DNA of 64,000 nt from an uncultured delta proteobacterium (GCA_963711835.1 CAVQFQ010000017.1:32001-96000), one strand, 5' to 3'; counted from the first letter of the stretch, positions 9,992-20,199 are shown. Program-made: numbers and translations. Notes: a model not told the origin generated them from the letters alone.

Positions 9992-11257
9992 TTAGATCAC
10001 ACCCTCCCGGCGCAGGGCCTCAATCTCATCGCTGTTAAGACCGCAGAGGGCCTTAAGGATTTCCTCGGTGTGCTCTCCTAAGTCCGGGGCGGCCGACCGG
10101 GTTCCGGCAGTGGCCTGACTGAAATGAACGGGGTAACCGGGAATCATTTTTTTCCCCAAGGTGGGGTGGATAAATTCCACCAGGTAGCCGTTTTCGAGGA
10201 CTTGGGGATCGCAGCCCAGGTCTTCCATGGTGTTGACGGCACAGCAAAAAAAATCGTATTCGGCAAAGACCTTCAGCCATTCTTCCCTGGCCCGGGTGGC
10301 GAAGATCCGGTCAAAGAGGTCCACCAGTGTTTCGGCATGGGCCAGCCGGTCTTCGTCGCTTTGAAATCGCGGATCCTGTTCCAGATCCGGATGGCCCAAA
10401 GCCCGGCATAACGGGGCCCAAAAGCGGTCCGTTGGAGTAAGGGTCATCATGAGCCAGCGGCCATCCCGGCACTGGTAGTAGTTCCTCAGCGGATGTTCCC
10501 GCCGGCGATCATGGCGGGGGACAGCCACCCCCCCCAGGTGAGTGATGAGGGCATTGAAGTAATTCAGGAAGATGGCCGAACCAAGAATAGAGACCTCCAC
10601 TTCCTGCCCGACACCGGTCCTCTCTTTCATCACCAGGGCGGTCAGGATCTGGTGACTGACCATGATGGCGGTCACCTGGTCGACCAGCCCGAACTGGGAT
10701 ACCACCGGAGGCATCCAGGGCTCTCCCATAGCGTACATCAATCCGGACCTGGCCTGGCCCTGGTAGTCAAAGCCTCCTCGATCCTTATCGGGACCCTGCG
10801 GCCCATAGGCCGAAACCGAGGCATAAATTAATCGGGGATTAAAGGGAACCAAGTCCGGGTAGGTGATCTTCAGGGCTTCGACGGCCAGGGGCCGCATGTT
10901 GGTCAGAAATACATCCGACTGTCCAACCAGTTGAAAGAGGATTTCACGGCCTCTTTCCGTCTTAAGATCAAGGGTAATACTCTTTTTATTCCGGTTGGCC
11001 CCTTCACAGAAAAGGTTTCGGTTCCCGGGGATTTCAAAGGGAATACTGCCGATCCGGGTCAACTGCCTGACCGGATCTCCAAGCCCCGGTTGTTCGACCT
11101 TGATGATCTCGGCCCCCAGATCGCCCAGAATAGCCGACCCCCCCGGTCCGGCATGATACAGGGCGCATTCCAAAATCCGGATCCCTTCTAATGGCCTGCT
11201 AACCGTTTTCCCCTCATCTCCTTCAGACGAGGGGGAAAGAGGTTCTTCGCTTTTCAT
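9992..11257 (-). CDS. CaiB/BaiF (family III) CoA-transferase
   Basis: PLEGIRILE, LGDLGAEIIKVE, NRNKKS, GFD, APDLGEHT. Confidence 0.93.
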   Translation of the reverse strand: MKSEEPLSPSSEGDEGKTVSRPLEGIRILECALYHAGPGGSAILGDLGAEIIKVEQPGLGDPVRQLTRIGSIPFEIPGNRNLFCEGANRNKKSITLDLKTERGREILFQLVGQSDVFLTNMRPLAVEALKITYPDLVPFNPRLIYASVSAYGPQGPDKDRGGFDYQGQARSGLMYAMGEPWMPPVVSQFGLVDQVTAIMVSHQILTALVMKERTGVGQEVEVSILGSAIFLNYFNALITHLGGVAVPRHDRRREHPLRNYYQCRDGRWLMMTLTPTDRFWAPLCRALGHPDLEQDPRFQSDEDRLAHAETLVDLFDRIFATRAREEWLKVFAEYDFFCCAVNTMEDLGCDPQVLENGYLVEFIHPTLGKKMIPGYPVHFSQATAGTRSAAPDLGEHTEEILKALCGLNSDEIEALRREGVI

Positions 11258-11353
11258 GTTCTGAACCCTTTCTTATCTATTGACACTGACGGTTCTTTTA
11301 ACATACCCTCTTTTCAAAGAAAATGTTTATCCTCTTTTAAAATAAAATCCGTT

Positions 11354-11683
11354 ATGCCCATTTACGAATACCAGGCCCTGAAGGCAACCGCTTCCTGCCC
11401 TAAATGCGCTGATCGTTTTGAATGGATTCAAGGAATTCACGACCAGCCCTTGCGGCTATGTCCGGATTGCGGCGCACAGGTCGGAAAAATAATCTCTGCC
11501 TGCCATGCCGCCGTGGCGGAATCGTCCCCGGAGCAGAATTTGGCGGAAAAAAAGATCAAAGAATATGAACAGTCCGGGCGGTGGAGCCACGCCGCCGAGT
11601 TGGCCGACAAACAGGCTGAAAAGACTAAAGACCCATCCCTCAGGAACCGGGCCCTCGAAAATTATAAAAAAGCCGGTTATTAG
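11354..11683 (+). CDS. FmdB-family zinc-ribbon protein
   Basis: MPIYEYQ..CPKC...CPDCG. Confidence 0.75.
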   Translation: MPIYEYQALKATASCPKCADRFEWIQGIHDQPLRLCPDCGAQVGKIISACHAAVAESSPEQNLAEKKIKEYEQSGRWSHAAELADKQAEKTKDPSLRNRALENYKKAGY

Positions 11684-11787
11684 TCAGCTAACCACCGGCT
11701 CATCCGCTGATTTGACGGGGGGGCCGGGAGTAAAAAGGAACTTATTCGTTTTTGGTGTTGAAGGAGTTTTTCCCTTTAAGTCGGACC

Positions 11788-12049
11788 TTATTAACCGTCT
11801 CATTGTAGTATTGACTCGGTGAGGCTACATTTTCTTCCGTCTGAGGCTTTCGGGCTGGTCTTTTCTTCGGACTTATCCACGGGGGATGCTTTTCCCCCTC
11901 CGCATTCTCGCCCGCTAAAAATCAGCGGACGAGCTGCGGCTTCCCCCGTTCATAAGTCCGGAAAAGACAGCGCCCTTTCGCCAATGACTCCAGAAAAAGC
12001 AGCCTCACCTGCCTGGGTCAAGGAATTACTATTATGAGACGGTTAATAA
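11788..12049. mobile_element. 262-bp long-hairpin MITE-like element
   Basis: 16-bp terminal inverted repeats TTATTAACCGTCTCAT / ATGAGACGGTTAATAA plus nested internal IRs (ggtgaggct/agcctcacc; gtcttttc..cggacttat/ataagtccggaaaagac). Confidence 0.7.
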
Positions 12050-12112
12050 TTGCAGTATGGTTATTCGGTTTTTTTAATTTTCCGCTGGTTCCCTACCCAG
12101 GAGAAAACAACC

Positions 12113-13220
12113 ATGAATGAAGGCCAAAAAGGACTGGAACAGAAGGTCCTGTCCACCGGTTTGTGCGCGGCCTGCGGGGCTTGTTTGGCCTTGTGTCCTT
12201 ATCTTCGAACCCGGCAGGGCCGGGTCGTTAAACTGGATGATTGTGATTTAACCTCCGGCCGGTGCTATGCCTATTGCCCGCGGAGCCGTGTGGATTGGGA
12301 AGAGCTCCAAACACGGATCTTTGGAAAGGACTACCGGGAAATAGAAATAGGGACGAACCGTCAGGTCCTGATGGCCAAGGCTACGGACCCGGTCTGGAAG
12401 GAAAAGGTCCAGAACGGCGGTGTGATCTCGGCCCTGATCGATTTCGCCATCCGGGAAGGGATCATTCAATCGGCTGTACTGACTCAGACGGGATGCCGAC
12501 CTCCTGCCCCAAGGGCAGATCGTTTCCAAAAGGAGTCAGATCCTTTCCTGTTCCGGCTCAAGCTACGTTTCCGGCCCAACGCTCGAGGCCTTGAATCAAG
12601 GACCCTGGGAAGGGGAGGAACGGATCGGGGTGGTCGGCCTTCCCTGCCAAGTCCTGGCCCTGGCCAAAATGAAGCTTTCCACCCTGGAAACCAAAACCCC
12701 TATTGAACGGCTGGATCTGGTCATCGGGCTCTTCTGCACCTGGGCCTTGGATTTTAAGCCTTTGAAACAGTTCCTGGCCGGTCGGTTCGGGAAAAATCCG
12801 ATTCAGAAGCTGGACATCACCCCTCCCCCTGAGAGGCTCTTAAAGGTCTGGGTTGGGGGCAGCGTTGAGGCAATTTCCCTGGATGAGATCAGGGCCTTTA
12901 TCCGCCCGGCCTGCCTGGTCTGTCCGGATATGACTTCGGAGTTTGCCGACCTTTCCGTGGGGACGGTGGAGGGAAGGGCCGATTGGAACACGCTGATTAT
13001 CCGGACCGAGCGGGGAGAAGAACTGATTAAAAAAGCCGGGAAAGCGGGAATTATCGAGAGCCAACCCCTTCCCGCTGGCCACCTCGAACATCTCAAGGAG
13101 GCCTCCCTACTTAAAAAACAGCGGGCCCTGACGGCCCTTAAAGCCAAAGAGGGCCAGGTTGAAAATTATTTAATCCTGCCCGACGGGTTGAGCGAAAAGA
13201 TATTGGAGGGCAAAGGATGA
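12113..13220 (+). CDS. FrhB/FdhB-family (F420 hydrogenase beta-like) Fe-S flavoprotein, frameshifted near 12490
   Basis: CAACGACLALCP, QNGGVISAL, VVGLPCQ, IGLFCTW, CLVCPDMTSEFADLSVG, WNTLIIRT. Confidence 0.85.
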
Positions 13221-15126
13221 ACCCCCTTCTCAATCAAAAGGGAAAATGCGAGCTTCTTATGGGGAACGAGGCCATAGCCCGGGGGGCCCTGGAAGCCGGG
13301 GTTCAGGTCTGTGCCGCCTATCCGGGGAATCCCTCTTCTGAAATCATCGGGACCTTGGCCAATGTGGCCGTCGAAATGGGGATCCATGTCGAATGGTCGG
13401 TGAATGAAAAGGTGGCCTTGGAAGTGGCCGCCGCCGCCTCTTTCGCGGGGTTAAGGGGCCTGAGCGCCATGAAGCAGAACGGGATCAATGTGGCCTGCGA
13501 TTTTTTACTGAACCTGAATTTGACCGGCTGCGGCGGGGGGCTGGTGGTGGTGGTAGCCGATGACCCCGGGGCCTTGTCTTCCACCAACGAAGAGGATTCC
13601 CGGCTTTTTGCCAAACTGGCCGGCCTGCCCCTCCTGGAGCCGGCTACCTTTCAAGAGGCCAAGGACATGACCTGCTTCGCCTTTGATTTGTCGGAAGAGC
13701 TGGGGCTGCCGGTCCTGATCCGCACTGTGACCCGCATCTCCCATGCCCGAGGCAATGTCCTGTTGGGCGACTTCCATCAAAGAAAAACGAAAACCCTATT
13801 TTGATACCCAGGCCCCCCGAATCACCTTTCCGGTGGTCGATAACCACAAGAGGATCTATGAAAAATTGGGCCGGGCGGCCGGCCGGTTTGAGACCTCTCC
13901 TTTTAACCATTACCGGGGCCCGGAAAAACCGGAACTCCTGATCATCGCCAGCGGCAGCGGCTGGCTCTATTCCCTGGAAGCCGTGGTCAATTTAGGGCAG
14001 GAAAATCGGGTGGGGCTGCTAAAACTGGCTACCACCTGGCCGCTACCGGCCGACTGGGTCCTTCAGCACCTGCAAAAGGCCGAGGACATCCTTTTTGTGG
14101 AAGAAGTGGACCCTTTTCTGGAAAATAACATCAAGGAATTATTTGCCCAGCATTGTCATAGCCTGGGGTTAAAGCGCTTCCTGGGCAAGGCCGACCAGAC
14201 CCTGCCGGAAACCGGGGAACTGAACCCGGATATTGTGACCAAAACGATTCAAGCCCTGCTTCATGTTTCTTATGAGCCCCGGCCGCCGGCCTATGCCGAC
14301 CGGGCTAAAGAGGCCGTCGAAGAGCTGGTTCCCGGAAGGGACCTGGGCTTCTGTGCCGGTTGTCCCCACCGGGCCACCTACTGGGCCGTAAAAAATGCCC
14401 TGGCCCTGGACGGCCGGAACGGCATCCTCCTGGGGGACATCGGTTGTTATTCTTTGGGGATGAGCGCTACGGGTTTTCATCAGATGAAGACCCTCCATGC
14501 CATGGGTTCGGGAACCGGACTGGCCTGCGGGATGGGCCAGCTCGGGCGATTCGGCCTGGACCAGCCGGTGCTGACGGTTTGCGGGGATTCCACTTTTTAT
14601 CATGCCGTCATGCCGGCCCTGGCCAATGCCCGCTACAATGGTGCGAACTTCATCCTTCTCCTGTTGGACAACAGCGGTACGGCCATGACCGGTTTTCAAC
14701 CCCATCCCGGTACCGGCAAAAGGGCCACAGGCCAGGAAGCCCCTATCCTGGATCTGAAGACTATCTGTGAGGCCCTCGGTGCCCGGGTGGAGGAGGCCGA
14801 TCCCTTTCAACTGCACGAAACCACCGAAGACCCTTTTGAGACTCCTTGAAGAAGACAGCGGGCCAAGGGTATTGATCCTTAAGCGGGAATGCGCCTTGAT
14901 TCGGGGTAAGCGGCAAAAGAAGCTCTTCCAGATGAAGGTGGACCAGACGCGTTGCCTTGGGGACCGCTGCGGCTGCAACCGGTTATGCACTCGAGTCTAT
15001 CAGTGCCCGGGATTGGTCTGGGAACCTTCCTCCGGAAAGGCCCAGATCGACGAGGCCATCTGCACCGGCTGCGGGGTCTGTGCCGAAATCTGTCCGGCCT
15101 CGGCCATTGAAAAGGAGGCGGTCTAA
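13217..15126 (+). CDS. iorA: Indolepyruvate:ferredoxin oxidoreductase alpha subunit, two frameshifts (~13790, ~14820)
   Basis: LLMGNEAIARGA, YPGNPSSEI, NEKVALE, FCAGCPHR, GDIGCY, GDSTFYH, LDNSGTAMTGFQP, C-terminal CTGCGVCAEICP. Confidence 0.92.
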
Positions 15127-15744
15127 ATGATTCTCCCGGTCGATCCCTTCAATATCATTATCGGCGGGGTAGGGGGCCAGGGTAATGTCCTGGCCTCCAT
15201 GATCCTGGGACGGATGCTGGTCTCCCAGGGAGGAATTGTTACCATTGGAGAAACCTACGGGGCTTCTCAACGGGGCGGCTCGGTGATGAGCCACCTGCGG
15301 GTCTCGACCAAGGACCAGTTCTCGCCCATCATCCCGGAGGGGAAATGCCACCTCTTGGTGGCCTTGGAACCGATTGAAGGTCTCAGGATGCTGGCCCCCT
15401 ATGGGAATCCCGGGGTGATGACCGTAGTCAATACCCGTCCTATCCAGCCGCTGTCTGTTCTTTCCGGGAATGCCGTCTATCCGGACCTTTCCATAATCCT
15501 GGCCAAGATAGGCGAGCTGAGCCAGCGGGTCTGGACCCTTAACGCTACCGAGATAGCCCTTAGGATGGGGGATCCCATATTCGCCAACATGATCATGCTG
15601 GGGGCCTTGTCGGCCCTTGAGGTCCTGCCCCTGGACCGGCTTATTTTTGAAAAGACCATTGCCGACCTCTTCCCCGCCGAACGGTTGCCCGTCAATATGG
15701 AAGCCTTTGACCAGGGCAAGGAAGCGGTCCGGGAGATGGTTTGA
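15127..15744 (+). CDS. iorB: Indolepyruvate:ferredoxin oxidoreductase beta subunit
   Basis: GVGGQGNVLAS, ETYGASQRGGSV, NMIMLGAL. Confidence 0.9.
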   Translation: MILPVDPFNIIIGGVGGQGNVLASMILGRMLVSQGGIVTIGETYGASQRGGSVMSHLRVSTKDQFSPIIPEGKCHLLVALEPIEGLRMLAPYGNPGVMTVVNTRPIQPLSVLSGNAVYPDLSIILAKIGELSQRVWTLNATEIALRMGDPIFANMIMLGALSALEVLPLDRLIFEKTIADLFPAERLPVNMEAFDQGKEAVREMV

Positions 15745-15764
15745 TCAGATAAGGATGTGGGCAC

Positions 15765-15824
15765 TTATTAACCGTCTCAAAATAATGATGACATTACCCA
15801 GGCAGGTGGGGCTGATTTTTCTGG
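15765..15824. repeat. Partial inverted copy of the right end of the 11788-12049 element
   Basis: TTATTAACCGTCTCA followed by acccaggcaggtggggctgatttttctgg, the reverse complement of ~11990-12018 with 2 mismatches. Confidence 0.75.
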
Positions 15825-15826
15825 TG

Positions 15827-15857
15827 ATACGGCATTGGGTCCGACCCAATGCCGTAT
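15827..15857. terminator. Perfect 14-bp hairpin downstream of iorB
   Basis: ATACGGCATTGGGT-CCG-ACCCAATGCCGTAT; no U-tract, so the role is uncertain. Confidence 0.45.
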
Positions 15858-16048
15858 AGCTAAGGAACGAGAGGAGCTCTTTGCCGTTATAACGTCCCGT
15901 CCGCCTACAAAGGCCCTTTTCAGAAAATCTCAAGAAATTCAATCGTTGTTTGGCTCTACCCTATTCTGGCAGTATTCCGGTACCTTTCTTATGTGTGAAA
16001 ATCCTTAGACACACAATATTTTATATAATTTTCAACGACATGCCTTCC

Positions 16049-16081
16049 TGAATTGTGTTTGAATTGTGTTTGAATTGTGTT
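16049..16081. repeat. 3 x 11-bp tandem repeat TGAATTGTGTT
   Basis: Exact copies at 16049, 16060 and 16071. Confidence 0.9.
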
Positions 16082-16122
16082 AAATTCCAATTAAACCCAA
16101 TCAGTTCACTACGGCATGCCAC

Positions 16123-17724
16123 CTAAATCGCAAACCATCTGCCAGCCCTGGTTCGACCTTCCACTTTTATCTTCTCCTCTGCCTTTAATTCCTTTAATAG
16201 ACTATGAATCTGGTACCGGGAAAGAGATGGCAACACCTGGCTTAGTTCCTCGAATTTGCATCCCCCCAATCCGCACTCCTGAAGGTGCTTATGGAGAAGG
16301 GCCTTATTGGTCTCTTTGTCCAATCCCCTTTTGCGCGTATACGTTCCTCTCTTTCCTAAAAAAATGTGAAATTGTCTGGATAACACATACTTACCTCGAG
16401 CCGACCGTTCCAGGATCCCATTTTCCAAAAGAATTGGAATCCTGGACTTGTAATAATCAGGCAAAGGATATCCCCAGAACACATGATTTAAAATTATAAA
16501 ATCATGTGTTGTAAAAGAGGTGAGGCGTTGTTGGCCAATTTTTTCTAGAAATCGTAAAAAGCGGGGATCCTGAACTTGACCGTGAAGCGTCAAAGAAACC
16601 TGATATTCATCGGTGCCCTGGAAATCTGGAAGCGGCTTCCCCTCCCGAATGCAAGCCTCAAAAATTCGGTTTACCCCTTGTCCGGCACGCTCAACCAATC
16701 CGCATTTGGAAAAGGCGTCAGCTAAACGACGGTTTCGTGGAAACTGCCGATCAAGTATATTTTCAGGAGTAATCCCCGGTGGGAAACCGCCAGGACTGAT
16801 AATTTCTATACGCCGGGGGAACTGTCGAACAGTGACTGATCCCGCATGGCGATAGTCCCGATGGCTGACAGCGTTCAGGATGGCTTCACGAATGGCACCC
16901 TCATTAAATGTGAATATATCGAGCATAAACAATCCGTCCTGGAAATGCTGCTTTTCATTCCTTACACCAATATTTCCCCAAAGTGCATCATAGTAGGAAA
17001 AGAAGCCCTGGCGATATTCCTCCCGCTGCTGAGCCGGACCGGAAGCCTCGGTGGAACGGTATTCAAAAATGACCTCGGCCTGAGCCAAATATTTCCCCAA
17101 AGACTTCCGGATCCCGAAAAGGATCAGGGCGGCATAGGTCACTTGACCATCAATTGTGAGTTCTGCATCTTCAAGCAGCTTTTCAGTGGAAAGTCTTTCA
17201 AGGGCCTGATTGCCTGACCTTTTTATCCATCTCCTTCGACATTCTTCAACTGCTGTGGATTGAGATCATTTATTGCAGCTTTGTGCATCCTCCGAGAGCA
17301 ACGGCGCCTCATCAAAAATAGGTTTCAGCGTATCCGGCGTCATAGGGGCAAGATCTTCACCGCTTCGCATCCAGTAGGCACCTTCAATTTGAATAGGCAT
17401 ACCGATTGGGCGGGATGGAACATGGAAAACAACAACCCGGCCGTCCGGGTGATTGATTTCTTCTCCTTCAATCCGCAACCTCAACCTTTCAATTAATCCG
17501 GCTTTTGTCCTTTCCAAGGGTTTGAATGTTTGGCAACCGACAATCTGCCGAGGTATCTTATCAGTTACTCCAAGGACCATTCTTCCTCCACCTTCGTTGG
17601 CAAGGGCCGCACAATACTTTACTAATCTATCAAAGTGGAAGTTTTGCTTTGCCTCTTTGAACTCAAGGTGTTCATCCTCTTTAGAAGCCATCCACTTCTG
17701 TAACTGACTGAGAGAATTGTCCAT
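16123..17724 (-). CDS. AlbA_2 (Schlafen-like) + HATPase_c_4 + HTH protein, frameshifted near 17290
   Basis: EDEHLEFKEA, CAALANEGGG.MVLGV; AIREAILNAVSHRDY, IISPGGFP, PRNRRLADAF, GLVERAGQGV. Confidence 0.85.
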
Positions 17725-17781
17725 TAAGACGCCTCGATATGGAAATTAATCAATTATTTTATAATGTTTTTCTTCTATATT

Positions 17782-18246
17782 TCAATCAGTTTGGTGCTCG
17801 CCAAAGGATATCTCACCTTCTTGGGCTTCGACCGGTTCCCCGGCCAGGCTGTCCAGCCATTTTACCCCCTCGTAAAATACTTCATCATAACGGGGTGGTC
17901 TGGAGGATATGGTTTGCTCCTTTTTTAATTTCTTTTCCACAAGCTTAGCCTGTATTCGATCTTTAAGGGCTTTCATGTCAGCCTTCCTTTTTTTCTGCGA
18001 TGAGGCTTGATAGAGTTCTACAATATCAGAGACTTTGCTTGAAGGAACTTCCTCGGCCTCTTCCTCTACGATTTCTGTTTTGAAAGACAGGGTTTCACCT
18101 GGCGCTGCTTCCAACATTGGCCGGGTCTGATTGTCATGGTGAAGCAGGCTGGTGGTATCATCTCCAAATTCATGAACCAACTTTTTAGGGTGATGATCAT
18201 AATTAAATACCTTAATTTCTCCGGATGATTTGGTTGCTGGTTCCAT
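17782..18246 (-). CDS. Hypothetical protein
   Basis: Open frame co-oriented between the MNT and AlbA genes; no motif recognised. Confidence 0.45.
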   Translation of the reverse strand: MEPATKSSGEIKVFNYDHHPKKLVHEFGDDTTSLLHHDNQTRPMLEAAPGETLSFKTEIVEEEAEEVPSSKVSDIVELYQASSQKKRKADMKALKDRIQAKLVEKKLKKEQTISSRPPRYDEVFYEGVKWLDSLAGEPVEAQEGEISFGEHQTD

Positions 18247-18253
18247 TTCGAAT

Positions 18254-18589
18254 TCAGGGCTCCGGGAAAAAATCAACCCGCTTCCCTTGCCGGCGGGCTA
18301 TTTCCACGATAGCGCTGGAATCATCCTCTTCCCACTGCTTTTCCCCACAGGGTATAGGTTCAATCCTGCTGTCTATTCTGGCCGCCAGACGCCAAAGCAG
18401 ATCCACATCCCGGCGATTTCTTGGGCCGTCAAATCGGGGGGAAATGACCATAAGGTCAATATCGCTCCACTTATCTGGGTTTCCTTTTACCCAGGAGCCG
18501 AAAATCACCCCGAACCGGATAGCCAACCCCTGTTCGTTCAGCTTTTTAAGATAATCGCCGACCGCATCTAAATACGATTTTTCAGCCAT
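18254..18589 (-). CDS. Minimal nucleotidyltransferase (MNT antitoxin)
   Basis: IFGSWVKG...SDIDLMVIS. Confidence 0.88.
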   Translation of the reverse strand: MAEKSYLDAVGDYLKKLNEQGLAIRFGVIFGSWVKGNPDKWSDIDLMVISPRFDGPRNRRDVDLLWRLAARIDSRIEPIPCGEKQWEEDDSSAIVEIARRQGKRVDFFPEP

Positions 18590-18949
18590 TCAAAAACCTC
18601 CTTGGCCCGGACCAGATATTGTTCCCCTTCTGAGGCGCTTGGAGGGGCTTGGAGCGTTTCCGGATAACGCCCCTCTACGTTGAAGGCATTCAATTCCGCC
18701 AAAATATCCATACTGATCTGAGGAAAGATTAAATCCTGCCAGTTCGGCTATCCGGATCAGATTGTGGATTCGGGGAGCCAAATCTTGGGTGGTCCGGCAA
18801 ACATGGGCTTTGAGTATTTTCTCAAGGGCCAAATGCCCCAAAAAGAGACCATGCCTCACCCGACCCTTTGAAAGCAGTTCTTGGGCAACCTCCCAATCTT
18901 CTTTGGCTCCTTCAACCCAATAGTGTATCTGCTTTCCTATATCTACCAT
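18582..18949 (-). CDS. HEPN-domain protein (MNT-HEPN pair), frameshifted near 18712
   Basis: LFLGHLALEKILKA, PRIHNL; continues in another frame as LNAFNVEGRYPE. Confidence 0.82.
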
Positions 18950-19052
18950 TTTTGACCCCCTTTTCTGCCTCGGCTATTACCCAGCTATCCATTTTGAATG
19001 GTGTACATAGAGGTGCCAATCTAATATGCGTTCCCAACACCTTGAGTCCTCC

Positions 19053-19219
19053 GATAGGCTTTGTTGGCCTGGGCCGCCCACGATCCATTCCGCCCTGGAC
19101 TTCCCCAAACACCGCCTTTTCCCCCCCTAAAAAACGCGATATAGGCCCCAACCAGAACCCCTTTTCAGACAATCTTAAAGGAATCCAATCAATTGGCCTG
19201 GCCCGATCCCAATTAACTA
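19053..19219. repeat. ~165-bp direct repeat, copy 1
   Basis: Aligns end to end with 20200-20364 (gataggctttgttgg...cccaattaacta). Confidence 0.92.
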
Positions 19220-19235
19220 ATTCCCAAAAAAATGC

Positions 19236-19263
19236 TTGACAATCGCACACAAAAATATAAACT
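19236..19263 (+). promoter_or_regulatory. Sigma70-like promoter for the candidate ncRNA
   Basis: TTGACA-N16-TAAACT ending ~7 nt before the structured element. Confidence 0.6.
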
Positions 19264-19269
19264 TCTGAT

Positions 19270-19366
19270 TAAGACGGGTAAATCCTGGTGTGTGCTCGGG
19301 GTGCTTCCTTCCATCGGTTGGAAAAGAGCCCCGGGATAAGAGACATATCAGGGGCCGTCTTTTTTA
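19270..19366 (+). ncRNA. Structured ncRNA convergent with a DUF3800 gene (DUF3800-RNA-motif-like)
   Basis: Nested stems AAGACGG/CCGTCTT, CCTGGTGTGT/ACATATCAGG, CTCGGGG/CCCCGGG, TTCC/GGAA, followed by a T-tract; own promoter. Confidence 0.6.
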
Positions 19367-19371
19367 TTGCT

Positions 19372-19605
19372 TTATTTTAGGTATTCGTCTTCAAATGCGA
19401 CCGCCTTTTTAAAAACATTATACCATTCCAGATTGTTCCGCTCATATTTCCGATAAAGCCCCCAGCAAAAAAGATCAACGGCCTGCAACCCCGGGTTGTC
19501 GTGGGACCGTTCATGGGTAATATACAAGGGGATATTTAAAGGCAGGAGCCCTTCAAGGTGGTTAGCGACATACCGATTAAAGTCCTGTATCTCTTTTCCC
19601 CTCAA
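19372..19605 (-). pseudogene. C-terminal fragment of a DUF3800-family protein
   Basis: SHDNPGLQAVDLF resembles the DUF3800 S..LQ.AD motif; the N-terminal DESG region is absent. Confidence 0.65.
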
Positions 19606-19687
19606 GACTATTTATTTGGAAATAAGTAAGGTGTCCCCATAATTACGTTTATCAGTCCCCGCCCCTAATTCTTTGCATTAGAAGAGG

Positions 19688-19888
19688 CTATTTGCTGCTT
19701 TCGATTAACTGGATATCTCTTTTAAGCCAATCATTGACTATAGTTTCTACATTCCTTTTTTTCTTTTTGGCCACTTTATTAATAAATGCTGCCACAGCAG
19801 GATCCAGATAAACCGGGATGTTTAACTCAGTCGATGGATGATAAAACTTACCTCGTTCCCCTTTTGAAAAGTCGTATTCTTTTTTCAT
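19688..19888 (-). CDS. BrnA-like antitoxin
   Basis: MKKEYDFSKGERGKFY N-terminus; directly downstream of BrnT. Confidence 0.75.
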   Translation of the reverse strand: MKKEYDFSKGERGKFYHPSTELNIPVYLDPAVAAFINKVAKKKKRNVETIVNDWLKRDIQLIESSK

Positions 19889-19891
19889 TTT

Positions 19892-20185
19892 TTATAACTC
19901 CCTGTATTGTATAGATTCAGGCCTGGTTGCTTTCCTTGAGGAGATGATCCTGATGGAACACGAGGATCATCTAATTTTGGAAAGGTGTAGGACTACAACC
20001 AGCAAAATGCCGCCCCCGTTTTTCCCTATGGTAATCCATCGATCCTCTTCCAGGCTGTGATCATCATCATAAATAGAAATCGCATGGGGATCTTTAAAAA
20101 CGTAAGCGGAACGTTCAAAAGATATACCGTGTTTCCGAAGATTCTAATCCGCCTTTTTAGGATCCCACTCAAAATTATAGCGCAT
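19892..20185 (-). pseudogene. BrnT-family toxin with an internal stop and a frameshift
   Basis: MRYNFEWDPKKAD*NLRKHGISFE...EDRWITIG...IRIISSRKAT; SD GAGGAGG. Confidence 0.8.
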
Positions 20186-20199
20186 TTATCCTCCTCAAT

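Noticed and set aside
5901-15126. Programmed frameshifting or phase variation in crotonase, frhB-like and iorA
   Set aside because: No consistent slippery sites; scattered single indels fit sequencing error
19630-19660. dif-like site GTGTCCCCATAA-TTACGT-TTATCAGTCCC
   Set aside because: The XerD arm matches poorly; more likely a short REP-like motif at the DUF3800 truncation point
20144-20146. TAG read-through (pyrrolysine) in brnT
   Set aside because: The gene also has a frameshift and no pyl genes are in the window; toxin inactivation or sequencing error is simpler
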